A DNA stretch of 64,000 bases from Octopus sinensis (lineage: Eukaryota). Positions 1 through 11,245 of this stretch are shown piece after piece (position 1 is the first letter of the stretch; each line of letters starts with the position of its first letter). The stretch spans positions 27,962,001 to 28,026,000 of the forward strand of contig NC_043018.1 of assembly GCF_006345805.1 (NCBI RefSeq), in the 5' to 3' direction. Under the pieces are notes generated by a model that had not been told where the DNA came from, searched no databases, and saw nothing but the letters and a program-made list of their open reading frames with translations. Both the position numbers and the translations under genes were made by a program.

Positions 1-237
1 GATTGTGACAAGGTTGACCCTTTGAAATACAGGTACAACAGAAACAGGAAGAAAAAGTGAAAGAATGTCGTGGTGAAAGAATACAGCAGGGTTGTGCCAC
101 CACCGTCCGCCGGATTTCTTGTAGCTTTAGGTGTTTTCACTCAATAAATCCTCACAACGCCCGCGCTGGGAATCGAAACCGCGATCCCACGACCGCTAGT
201 CCGCCGCCTTAACCACTTGGCCTTTGCGCCTCCACTA
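1..237 (-). mobile_element. tRNA-derived SINE, family B; 3' part runs off the window
   Basis: Reverse complement starts GGAGGCGCAAAGGCCAAGTGGTTAAGGCGGCGGACT..GGTTTCGATTCCC (A/B-box-like head); body similar to 3801-4095 and 45385-45605. Confidence 0.8.
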
Positions 238-1184
238 ATATATATATATATTATATCTATATATATATAGATATATATATATATTATACATTTATATATA
301 TTACATAATATATACATATATATATATATGTATATATATAAATGTATATATATACATATACATATATAATTATACATATATGTGCTTGTGATGTGCGTGT
401 GCGTGTGTGTGTATGAATATTATTTCTATATCTATGTATTTTAGTATATGTCAGCCTATGCACACACAAGCATACGTACAGGCACGCAGATACGTCGGTC
501 GGTGGAATAGACAAACACGAATGCATAAAGTAATGCCCCGAGGTTTAAAAGCTCAAGAACAATGATGATCAATCGCACCGAAACCATCGCAGCAACACCT
601 CACGCTATACCAAAACACTTCAGGACACCTGACAGCGATAGCCTACCCAACACACCGTTCAAAACATCTCGGCCTTTTGAACGAGGGCATCACGAACAGT
701 TTAATGACCATTTCCATCTAGAAATATTAAGGCATGTCCGACCAAACCACCCATCACACAAGACGCGCACAAACGCAGTCTCTCTCTCTCTCTCTCTCTC
801 CCTTTCTTTCTCTCTCTCTTTCTACCTCACACGCACATTCACACACACAGACACATACTTAAGTACACTCATACGCATTTAAGCGCATGCATGTATACAC
901 ATATGCACATATGTGCATATACACATATCTACATATATTACAGCAACAATCGCCGCCATTGCCATCAAAATCGTGTAACGTCAATCACGCCTTAAACACA
1001 CGCACAAACACACACATGCACAAACACACACACACTCACACACACGCACACACATACACGCTCATACACACAAATGCACACACACATGCACAAACAAGCA
1101 CACACGCACATGTCACCCATCAGAGAACAATTGCGTCAGATCAAACAGTGATGAAGTAACTGGCTTTTAACTGACCACTAATGG

Positions 1185-2515
1185 ATGGCGCTGGATGGTG
1201 GTGGTGGTGGTGGCGATGGTGGTGGTGGTGGTGGTGGCGATGGTGGTCGTGGTGGTGGTGGCGATGGTGGTCGTGGTGGTGGTGGTAGTGGGAGTGGTAG
1301 TGGTGATGGTGGTGGCGATGGTGGTGGTAGTGGTGGTGGTGGCGATGGTGGTGGTAGTGGTGGTGGTGGCGATGGTGGTGGTGGTGCGATGTAGCGGTGG
1401 TTGGTAGTAGTGGTGGTGGTAGTGGTGGTGGCAGTGGTGGTGATGGTGGTGGCGGCGGTGATGGTGGTGGTAGTGGTGGTGGTAGTGGTGGGGCAGTGTG
1501 GTGATGGTGGCGGTGGCGGCAGCGTGGTGGTGGTTGTTAGTGGTGGTAGTGGCGGTAGTGGTGGTGGTGGTGGTTGGGGTGGTGGTGGTGGTGGTAGTGG
1601 TGGTGGTGGCGATGGTGGTGGTAGTGGTGGTGGTGGCGATGGTGGTGGTGGTAGTTGGTGGTGGTGCGATGGTGGTGGTAGTGGTGGTGGTGGCGATGGT
1701 GGTGGTGTGGTGGTGGTAGTGGTAGTGGTGGTGGCAGTGGTGGTGATGGTGGCGGTGGCAGCAGCGGTGGTGGTGGTTGTAGTGGTGGTAGTGGCGGTAG
1801 TGGGGTGGTGGTGGTGGTGGTGGTGGTGGCGGCGGTGGTGGTGTGTGGTGGTAATGGTGGTGGTGGTAGTGGTGGTGTTGGTGGTGGTGGTGGCGGTGGC
1901 GGTGGTGGTGGTTGTGGTGATGGTGGCGGTGGTGGTGGCGGTGGTGGTGGTTTGTAGTGGTGGTAGTGGCGGTGGTGGTAAGTGGGGTGGTGGCGGGGGT
2001 GGGGGTGGTGTGGTGGTGGGGGTGGTGGTGGTGGTTGTGGTGGTGTGGTGGTAGTGGTGGTGGTGGCGGGCGGTGGTGGTGGTGTGTTGGTGGTGGTGGC
2101 GGTGGTCTGGTGGTGGCTGTGGTGGTGGTGGGTGGTGGTGGTGGTGGTGGGGGGGTGGTGGTGGGGCGGTGGTGGTGGTGGTGGTAATGGGTGGGGGTGG
2201 TGGTGGGGTGGTGGTGTTGGTGGTGGTGGTGGCGGTGGCGGTGGTGGTGGTTGTGTTGTGGTGTGGGTGGTGGTGGCGGTGGTGTGGTGGTGGGTGGCGG
2301 TGGCGGTGGCGGTGGGGTGGTGGTGGTGGTGGTGGTAATGGTGGTGGTGGTAGTGGTGGTGTTGGGTGGTGGTGGCGGTGGTGGTGGTGGTGGTGGTGTG
2401 GTGATGGTGGCGGTGGTGGTGGCGGTGGTGGTGGTGGTGGCTGTGGTGGTGGCGGTGGTGGTGGTGGTGGCGGTGGTGGTGGCGGTGGTGGTGGCTTGGT
2501 GGTGGGTGGTGGTTT
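1185..2515 (+). repeat. Imperfect (GGT)n/(GGN)n trinucleotide array, ~1.3 kb
   Basis: Direct reading; source of the poly-G/V/W and poly-P/H ORFs. Confidence 0.97.
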
Positions 2516-2739
2516 GGGTCGGTCCAGTTTAACACTTCTTTCCTACAATCTGTAACTGCCTATATATGAGAGATTTTCATGGGGTATATGTGTCAGTGTA
2601 TTATATATATATATATATATATATGTGGTGTTGTGTGTGGTGTGTGTGTGTGAGTACGCACACACACAAACATGCATATACATAGATGTATACAAGATAC
2701 ACATATACATAAATATATATGCAATAAATATAAGTATGC

Positions 2740-2778
<39 letters not shown>

Positions 2779-2943
2779 CACACACGTATAAGTATATATC
2801 ATGCATACATACATTTATGCATATATGTATATATTATGCATAAATATATCTATGCATATGTATAAATATATACACGTATATGTATATATATGCATACATA
2901 TATAATATATATATATATACATACAACATAACACAATATATAA

Positions 2944-2987
<44 letters not shown>

Positions 2988-2994
2988 ATTTTAA

Positions 2995-3025
<31 letters not shown>

Positions 3026-3064
3026 GAAAGAATGGAGTTGAACAACGAATTAACAAAATCCTTT

Positions 3065-3146
3065 ATTTTCGACATATGTTTCGAAGGCTGCATATTCCTA
3101 ATTGCGAAGAAATGAGGAGTACATTATGTTGCTTTCTCATCAGAAA
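3065..3146 (-). ncRNA. Type I hammerhead motif with weak stem I
   Basis: Minus: ttt CTGATGA gaaagc..gccttc GAAAC ATAT GTC gaa; palindromic helix III ACATATGT; stem I only 3 bp. Confidence 0.6.
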
Positions 3147-3364
3147 GCAAGGAACTTATATCAACATCAAAATGCACGAAAAACCTTTAGATGTTTTAGT
3201 GCTTTTTCTGATGTGTATTTGCTACCCCAGGTATCGGTTAATTCGAATTATCTATAATAAGATAATTCATTCAATACTCTAACATATATATATATTATAT
3301 CTATATATTATATATAGATATATATTATATATATATAGATAGTATATATGTATATATAATATAT

Positions 3365-3417
<53 letters not shown>

Positions 3418-3764
3418 ATATATATATATATACATATACCATTTATGATAGCTCCCAAAATCTTCACACACTGTTACTCAGAGTTTCACGTGAACCTTTG
3501 TCACTCAGTTACGAAAATCCTTCTAGAGTGCTATGCCAACTGTCTGAAAGATTCAACCGACATGTGAAACTCTAAGGAACAGTTTGTGAAGATGCTTTCG
3601 ACTTTAATGAATAATACATAGCTCCACCTTTAGTAAACGTCGGGTACTATACGTACATATATATGTGTGTATGTGTGTGTATGCGTATATGTATGCGTGT
3701 GTGTATGTGTGTGTATGCATGTGTATGTGTGTGCGTGTATATATATATGTGTATGAGTATATTG

Positions 3765-3800
<36 letters not shown>

Positions 3801-3802
<2 letters not shown>

Positions 3803-4092
3803 AAGGCGCAGTGGCCTCGTGGTTAGGGCAGCGGACTCGGTGTTGTATGATCGTGGCTTCGATCCTCAGACCGAGCGTTGTGTGTGTTTATTAAGCGAAA
3901 ACACCTATCGCTCCACGAGGCTCCGGAAACGGGTGGTGGTAACTTCTGTTGTACTCTTTCGCCGCAACTTTCTCTCACTCTTTCTTCTGCTGGCCTGCTC
4001 GCTTAGCCAGGGGGTGGCGTCATCTGAAGACTAAAACAATGCGAAGCGCATTGTGACCAGCGATGTGTAGCAACATCTGATATCCTGGACGG

Positions 4093-4095
<3 letters not shown>
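3801..4095 (+). mobile_element. tRNA-derived SINE, family B, near full length
   Basis: Head TGAAGGCGCAGTGGCCTCGTGGTTAGGGCAGCGGACT..GGCTTCGATCCT; body shared with 45385-45605. Confidence 0.85.
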
Positions 4096-4152
<57 letters not shown>

Positions 4153-4426
4153 ATATAAACATATACATATATATGTATATATGTATATATATTATATATA
4201 TATATGTAGACGCACACGCACACATATGCGTACGTATATGCATATACACGTATCCTTTCACACTCCAACACACGTATATTATTTCATATGTGAGCTGTCT
4301 CATGCTCATTATATATACATATAATATATTAATATATATATATAGTATGTATGGATATATGTTTGTATATATGTATGTGTATGTATATAGATAGATAGAT
4401 ACATACATACGTACATAGATACATAG

Positions 4427-4471
<45 letters not shown>

Positions 4472-5280
4472 TAAATAGATAGATATACAGAATCACGTGT
4501 ATATTTGCGTGTTATGAGCCCCGTTGCAGCAAACTCAAGGACAAAGTTCTTTCAGCTGTATCCCTTCTGTCTTTCTTCTTTGTTTTAGCAGAATGGATCT
4601 GGAACAACATCATTTTTTTTTGTTACGTTTCGATTGTGATATTGTAATTTGTGATTTAAAGATGGAGGGGGTATTTAGCTGTTACCTTTGGCATCTCGCT
4701 TAAAAGCTTTAAGAAAATCGTAACAAATTCAAAATGTAGCGAGAAAAGACAGAAGATGGTGGGATGAGGCAAGTAGAAAGGAAATAAAGAAGGAAGGAAG
4801 GAAGGAAGGAAGGAAAGAAGGAAGGTTGCGGATGAAGAATAGAAGGAAGGAAAGAAAGAAATAGATAGAAAGAAATTGAAGAAATGAAAGATAGAACGTA
4901 CGGAAGAAATGGAAAGATGCAGAGGAAGAACGGGGGAAAGATGTGGCAAAAATGACTTAAGTAGTGACTGATCTTTAAAGGAATCGGTAACATTTACGAC
5001 TTGATGTGGTTGCATGGTGGCATCGTCACGCGAAACTGAAATCGCCTCATCACACCTTATTCCGTGACAACCCGTTGCTACACCTGGGCTGACTTTCTCA
5101 ATTGGTCATTATGGACAGTCTCGTAATGGAAGGTTTTCAGTTATTGTATGTTGATACACACACATACATACACACACACACACATATATGTATTTATATA
5201 TGTACATATATATTTGTATATATAAGCACACGCATAGAAGCATACACACACACACGCACACACACACACACACACACATA

Positions 5281-5337
<57 letters not shown>

Positions 5338-5435
5338 AGAGAGAGAAAGAGAAAGAAAAAGGCAGATAGATACATACATACATATATACATAGACAGACA
5401 GAAAGGTACACAGACAGACAGACAGACAGACATAC

Positions 5436-5527
<92 letters not shown>

Positions 5528-6722
5528 GTGTGCCTGCATACGTGAAGCACATGGGTCTGTCTGTATGTATGTATATGTCTTTATATCCTGAATGTAAACT
5601 CGCGAGTGTGTGAGCGAGCGGTCGTGTGTGTTATTCCATTCACATGATGTTTCCTCCGTTGATTTCGACGAGGAGCTTTCTGTCGTTCGACCAACTTAAT
5701 TAACTACATATACAAAAATCCTCATGAAAATAGCTGAGTATTCCGCAGACTCGCGAACACGTGAGACAAAGTCTAACACTGTGCAGCGTACTGTGTCGCG
5801 ATGCTCGGCCTTAGGTTTACAGGCAGTGTCTATCCGATAGAATTACATACTGTTTGCTTCTGTTCAATACCACCCCCTTGGCTTGGGTCATTGTAAGTCA
5901 ATAGTAATAACATTTGCCCACTTAGTAAGCATAACCCCAAACCTATCTTCCACTTGTCACTACTTGCGTGCTCTCCATTCTTCTAGACTCAAGGCAAAGA
6001 AATATTGGGTGACAGAAATATAAATAGCCTCATATCATATACACATTTTTGCTCTCATACGCATTTTTACATATTCACACACACACATATTTTTACAAAT
6101 ACAGACAGACAAACACGTATATGAATATTGTTTCAATGATAAGCTACTTCAAGTTTCATGGTCAGAATTTACAATATTTACATAGGTTTGCATAGCGTAC
6201 TGTGTACGATCCTGTAACCGTTCGAGTTCATTTTACACGGCAGCTGCATATTTTCTTACAGAGTTAGCATAGTATATTGGTCTGACCGATTGCCCCGTAC
6301 GCTATAGAGCCCCGTTCGAAAATTTCAATTCCAGAGCATAAGATCTGAAGCAGCTCGTGTAATTTACTGACAAGATGTGAACTGTACGCCATCTATATAT
6401 GAACATTGGACTGGATTGGATTGTTTAGTCAACGTTGTTCAGTCCGACAGTGGGACGAAGGCCTTAGCATGTTCTTTCCATCAACCGCGGTCTGATATAG
6501 AGGACGTGAATATGAGCTTGAAATCATACTGGTTCCATGAACCAAATCAGTCACAGTAGATCAACGTGTCTTGGCAGAAAAATGCAATTTTTTATCCTCA
6601 TACCAATGAGTACATAACCTGATTACACGCACGCGCGCACGCGCACATACACACACACTCACGCACGCACGCACATACACACACACACACACACACACAA
6701 ACACACACATATATATATATAT

Positions 6723-6825
6723 GAGCCCACTGAGTGACACCTTGGGGAAGTGTCTTCTACTATAGCCTCGGGCCGACCAAAGCCTTGCTAGTGGATTTGG
6801 TAGACGGAAACTGAAAGAAACCCGT

Positions 6826-6869
<44 letters not shown>

Positions 6870-7120
6870 TGTATGTATGTATGTATGTATGTATATATGT
6901 GTGTTTGTATCTGTCTGCGTGTCTGTGCTTTCCCCCCAACATCACTCGACAACCGATGCTAGTGTGTTTACGTCCCCGTAACTTAGCGGTTCGGCAAAAG
7001 AGATCGATAGAATAAGTACTAGGCTTACAAAGAATAAGTCCTGGGGTCGGTTTGCTCGACTAAAGCCGGTGCTCCAGCATGGCCACAGTCAAATGACTGA
7101 AACAAGTAAGAGAGTAAAAA
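6723..7120 (+). mobile_element. SINE family C with internal microsatellite
   Basis: CACCTTGGGGAAGTGTCTTCTACTATAGCCTCGGGCCGACCAAAGCC..GGAAACTGAAAGAAACCCG-(TA)n..GGTGCTCCAGCATGGCCACAGTC; many copies in the window. Confidence 0.85.
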
Positions 7121-7661
7121 GAGTAAAAAAAGAGTCTGCGTATGTGCGCGCACGTGTGTATGTATGTATGTACGTGTGGTAGATTCTCTTGGTAGATGAT
7201 GATTCTACAACTACTTTGCATTTTAGATTGCGCAGTATATTCCTCAATAAGGCTAATGTATCGTTTATCCGGAACAATATGAATACCCTCAATTTCATAA
7301 GGAGCCTATAAGAGCGTACCCTGGGGTAGCACAAAAACAACAACATCTATTATAGTAACATAGAAGTTAATGAAATTAAGCGTTCTAGAGAGTGAATAAG
7401 TGCAAGGAAATGGCGCGTTAGAGACCGGATTCTTTGGGATTTTTTCAAAAGCTATCTGCACATCCAATTACAACAGTTTAACTGTTGTCTCCGCTCTGAC
7501 AGCAAGAAACTTGAATCTTGCTTATCTTGATGAAAGCTGAAGAAAAATATACACTGAAGAAAATATACACGCACAGATAAACTTAAAAACACTCACATCC
7601 ACAAATTCACACTCATATGGGTGCATACACACAGGCACATATACACATATACATATATACC

Positions 7662-7695
<34 letters not shown>

Positions 7696-7877
7696 ATATA
7701 TATATATATATAAATATATATATATATATGTGTGTGTGTGTGGTGTGTGTGTATATATATATATACATATATACATACACATATGTATAGATATATAAAT
7801 ATACATACATATATACATACATATACATATATAAATATATAGATATAGATATATACGCATACATAAATATACTTACA

Positions 7878-7916
<39 letters not shown>

Positions 7917-8196
7917 CGAAGAAAGGTTGTTAAGAGCGTTTTCTAGACACAACTACAGTAAAATTACTGGGGCATTCGGAAAAGCAATTAATATATATTT
8001 AATGACGTCATTATCTCTCTTTCTCACTCTGTCTTTTTTCTATGTATGCATGTATGTATGTATGTATGTATGTATCTATCTATCTATATGAATTTTTATT
8101 TCTTAAACTCTGGGCTTGTATGTGTGCTTTTATCAGTGTATCTGTCTATCTAACTATTCAGTTAACTATCTAAATGTGTAGTATAAATATAATACA

Positions 8197-8563
8197 TCTC
8201 TCTATATATAAACGGCAAAATGTCTGTCTGTGTGTGTTTCCTTAATACAAATCCACAAATTTTCAGTAGAGGGCTCGCACTTTCTATGGTCATTCAAAAC
8301 CGTCCAAGGGTGGTCGTGCACATCTTTACATTTCTCCAGTCACCCCGCAAAGCCATTAAAATATCAATAGAAGTGACTTTTTTGTGAAATTTCTATCCAA
8401 AACCCAATCAAAATGCCCGAAACTTGATACGCCAATTGAATGCCAGCTAGCTGATTGTGATTGGTTGGAGATTTGGACAGTACTTGCGTGTATGTGCGTA
8501 CGCACGCAGTTGTATATGCATGCACTAGCACTATGACCCAGTGTTGCCGAATCATAGTGCTAG
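8197..8563 (+). mobile_element. Non-autonomous Helitron-like element
   Basis: A|TC 5' end (TCTCTCTATATATAAACGGCAAAATGTCTG), subterminal hairpin CACTATGA..TCATAGTG, CTAG|T 3' end; second copy at 48950-49311. Confidence 0.8.
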
Positions 8564-8941
8564 TATATTATAATATAAGTAACCCGTTAGCAAATTAATA
8601 AACAAGGGTACAAAACAGTACCAGCATTACTAGAAATAAGTGTAAAATATGAGTCGAAAAGCTACAAAAACACTAACTCAATGAGTTGACGAAAGAGAGG
8701 AAGAGAGAAAGCATCTTACCGTGGTGAGACAATCTCACAAATGAAGTAACAGATATATCCATATCACTTGATTTCGAACTCTGATCAATTTAATTTTAGT
8801 TCTCGTCAGTGGATCTTACTGTGCCTAGGGTTGAAGAGAAACTCGCCTCGTCATATTCTTGAGAGAAAAAAAACCGCTGAACAGCGTGCTCTAATTTAAG
8901 TCGGTAGAAGTGCATAGTATAAATAAATTAATACAATGTAT

Positions 8942-9356
8942 GGATCTTTCCGGTTTGAACGGCAGCTTTTAAAAATAATTTCCACGTAACTAAACACTTT
9001 TAAACTTCGTATACTGGTAGAATGTGTTTATAAAACATCTTTTTCTCTTGGCTTGAGTGAGAAAATTCTATAGTTTATAAGATATTTGTTGTTTTTTCTT
9101 CAATTTCTCCAATTTCAACCAATCAATGACGTCTATTGAGGTGAAAACATTCTGTGCCGTATAAATATGTCCCTCGTTTAAGAAGCAGATTGGGTTTATT
9201 TACATTTCTGAAGATAAAAAAACATTCCCCCACCCCTAACCTTGACCGTAACCTAAACAGATTGAAATGCAATAGATCGATACTAGGGTCATAATTATGG
9301 GTGACAATTTCATATGACACAGCTAGAAAAAACTGCCGTTCAAACCGAAAAGAACC
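8942..9356. mobile_element. MITE, 415 bp, with ~29-bp TIRs and 8-bp TSD
   Basis: TIRs GGATCTTTCCGGTTTGAACGGCAG / CTGCCGTTCAAACCGAAAAGAACC; CAATGTAT duplicated at 8934-8941 and 9357-9364. Confidence 0.85.
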
Positions 9357-9581
9357 CAATGTATTAAATATATAATATAGGTGGCCCGTTAGCAAGTTAT
9401 TATTACTAACGGGTGAACTATATTATAATATATTTGATATATTAGATCATCTTATTTATACTATACACTTCTATTGTAACAATACTGGTACTATTTATTA
9501 ATTTGCATTTAGGCTTTAATTGCTATCGGGCCATCTATATTATTAATGTATTAATGTTATTATTATTGCATTTGACATAAT

Positions 9582-9795
9582 GCGGCGAGCTGGCAGAAAC
9601 GTTAGCACGCTAGGCCAAATGCTTAGCGGTATTTCGCCTGTATTTACGTTCTGAGTTCAAATTCCGCCGAGGTCGACTTTGCCTTTCATCCTTTCGGGAT
9701 CAATAAATTAAGTACCAGTTGCGTGTTGGGGTCGATCGAATCGGCTGGCCCCTTCTCCAAAATTTTGGGCCTTGTGCGTAGAGTAGAAAAGAATA
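9582..9795 (+). mobile_element. tRNA-derived SINE, family A
   Basis: GGCGAGCTGGCAGAAACGTTAGCACG..GAGTTCAAATTCCGCCGAGGTCGACTTTGCCTTTCATCCTTTC. Confidence 0.88.
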
Positions 9796-9833
9796 TGATT
9801 GATATATTATTTTATATATGTACATATGTATGT

Positions 9834-9932
<99 letters not shown>

Positions 9933-9957
9933 TATATATATATATATATTTTATATA

Positions 9958-10453
9958 TATCAAAGTAAATAAATGGTACAACGAAGTATCGATATTTACT
10001 GGAAAATAGCGATCGTAATAAATACGACGCTATTGTATAGCTTCACTGCGTATATACAAGCAAAGACGTGTGTGTGCAACAAACATGAAAAAAATTTGTC
10101 TTACCTCTTGGAAGAACATCTGAAAAATGAAAAACCTAGAAACGCATAATGCAGTACCGGTTTCAGACTCTTCAAATACGTTTGCCAACGTAGATTTGAT
10201 TTGTCTTCATCAGCTGCATATACCTCGACAAAATTTCAAATGTTGCCACATCTATGCCAGTACACTCGTCTGAACGCCAAAACGTTTACAGAACGAGAAC
10301 AGTGAAGAAGTTTCAATGAAAATAGTAATGCAATACGAAAGTATTGCTTTCCAGTAAAAGATAGCACGTAAGGGTAAAATTATACATATCAAAGTAAATA
10401 AATGGTACAACGAAGTACCGATATTTACTGGAAAATAGCGATCGTAATAAATA
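9958..10453 (-). mobile_element. HHR-bearing 429-bp monomer plus 67-bp terminal direct repeat (PLE pLTR/retrozyme-like)
   Basis: 9958-10024 repeated at 10387-10453 with 1 mismatch; HHR inside; (TA)n at the left junction. Confidence 0.7.
10149..10219 (-). ncRNA. Type I hammerhead ribozyme with canonical core
   Basis: ATGCAG CTGATGA AGAC..CAAA.TACGT..ACGTA.TTTG..GTCT GAAAC CG GTA CTGCAT: 6-bp stem I, extended stem II, palindromic helix III ACCGGT, GUA triplet. Confidence 0.88.
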
Positions 10454-10584
10454 TATATAATATTTATGCATATATATACACACATATATACCTATGTGCA
10501 TTCATATATAAATACATGTATACACGTTTATCCTTTTGCTAATTTGTTTAGAGGCTCCTTCATAATTAAGGAGAATCTTTAACA

Positions 10585-10885
10585 TGCCGGACAAAATGCT
10601 TACCGTCATTTCTTGAGGCACTGTACGTTGAGTTCAAATCCCGTAGTGGGTAATTCTGTCTTTCAACCCTCTGGGGATCGATGAAAGAAAGTACCAGTCA
10701 AGTAGTTGAGTCGATGTAATTGTCTTGTCCCTTCAAGTGAGAATCTGATCCCCGTCTCTTTGATGCCATGGATACCACTCAACCAGCTTTAAGATACCCT
10801 AAAGCTTAAGGGAAAATATGTTTCGCAAGCGTGGCTGTATGGTAAGAAGCTTGCTTCCCAATTATCTGGTTCCTGGTTCTGGCCA
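10585..10885 (+). mobile_element. Degenerate SINE A fragment followed by a SINE C head fragment
   Basis: GAGTTCAAATCCC..GGGGATCGATGAAAGAAAGTACCAGTC; GTGGCTGTATGGTAAGAAGCTTGCTTCCCAA. Confidence 0.6.
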
Positions 10886-10994
10886 AGCTGCCAAAGGACT
10901 TATTCCGATCTTTTATTGCTTATAAAAATATTTTGTATTTCTTAGCTATTGTAATTGATACGAAAATATTCGATGTAAATTGGATTAATAAAGT

Positions 10995-11038
10995 TATTAT
11001 GATTATTATGATTATTATTGTTGTTGTTGTTGTTGTTG

Positions 11039-11093
<55 letters not shown>

Positions 11094-11116
11094 TATTATT
11101 AATAATAATAATAATT
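10995..11116. repeat. (TTA)n/(GTT)n/(AAT)n microsatellite
   Basis: Direct reading. Confidence 0.95.
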
Positions 11117-11220
11117 AAAGCCCATCTTTTATACCAAGACAAAATAATCTACATGATGACATTTCCAAACAGTTAAGATAAGAAGCCATGAGAGCCACTG
11201 CCTGGGACAGCACCAGGGCA
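11117..11220 (-). mobile_element. Family D interspersed repeat, terminal fragment
   Basis: GCCCATCTTTTATACCAAGACAAAA..CAGTTAAGAT shared with 22220-22290 and 38637-38700; strand inferred from the (AAT)n tail of the longer copy. Confidence 0.75.
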
Positions 11221-11245
11221 TTTATTATTATTATTATTATTATTC

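Noticed and set aside
1185-2555. Long Gly/Val/Trp and Pro/His ORFs (up to 332 aa)
   Set aside because: Translations of the (GGT)n array, open in several frames on both strands
3470-3520. CTGAGTGA..GAAACTCTGAGTA on minus
   Set aside because: Core has an extra base, and neither stem I nor stem II pairs
3801-3880. tRNA-like A/B-box heads here and at 170-237, 29590-29662 and 32973-33052
   Set aside because: No complete cloverleaf; they continue into SINE bodies, so they are SINE heads, not tRNA genes
8712-8721. CATCTTACCG, resembling the start of miR-8-5p
   Set aside because: Only 10 nt match; no 3p arm or hairpin
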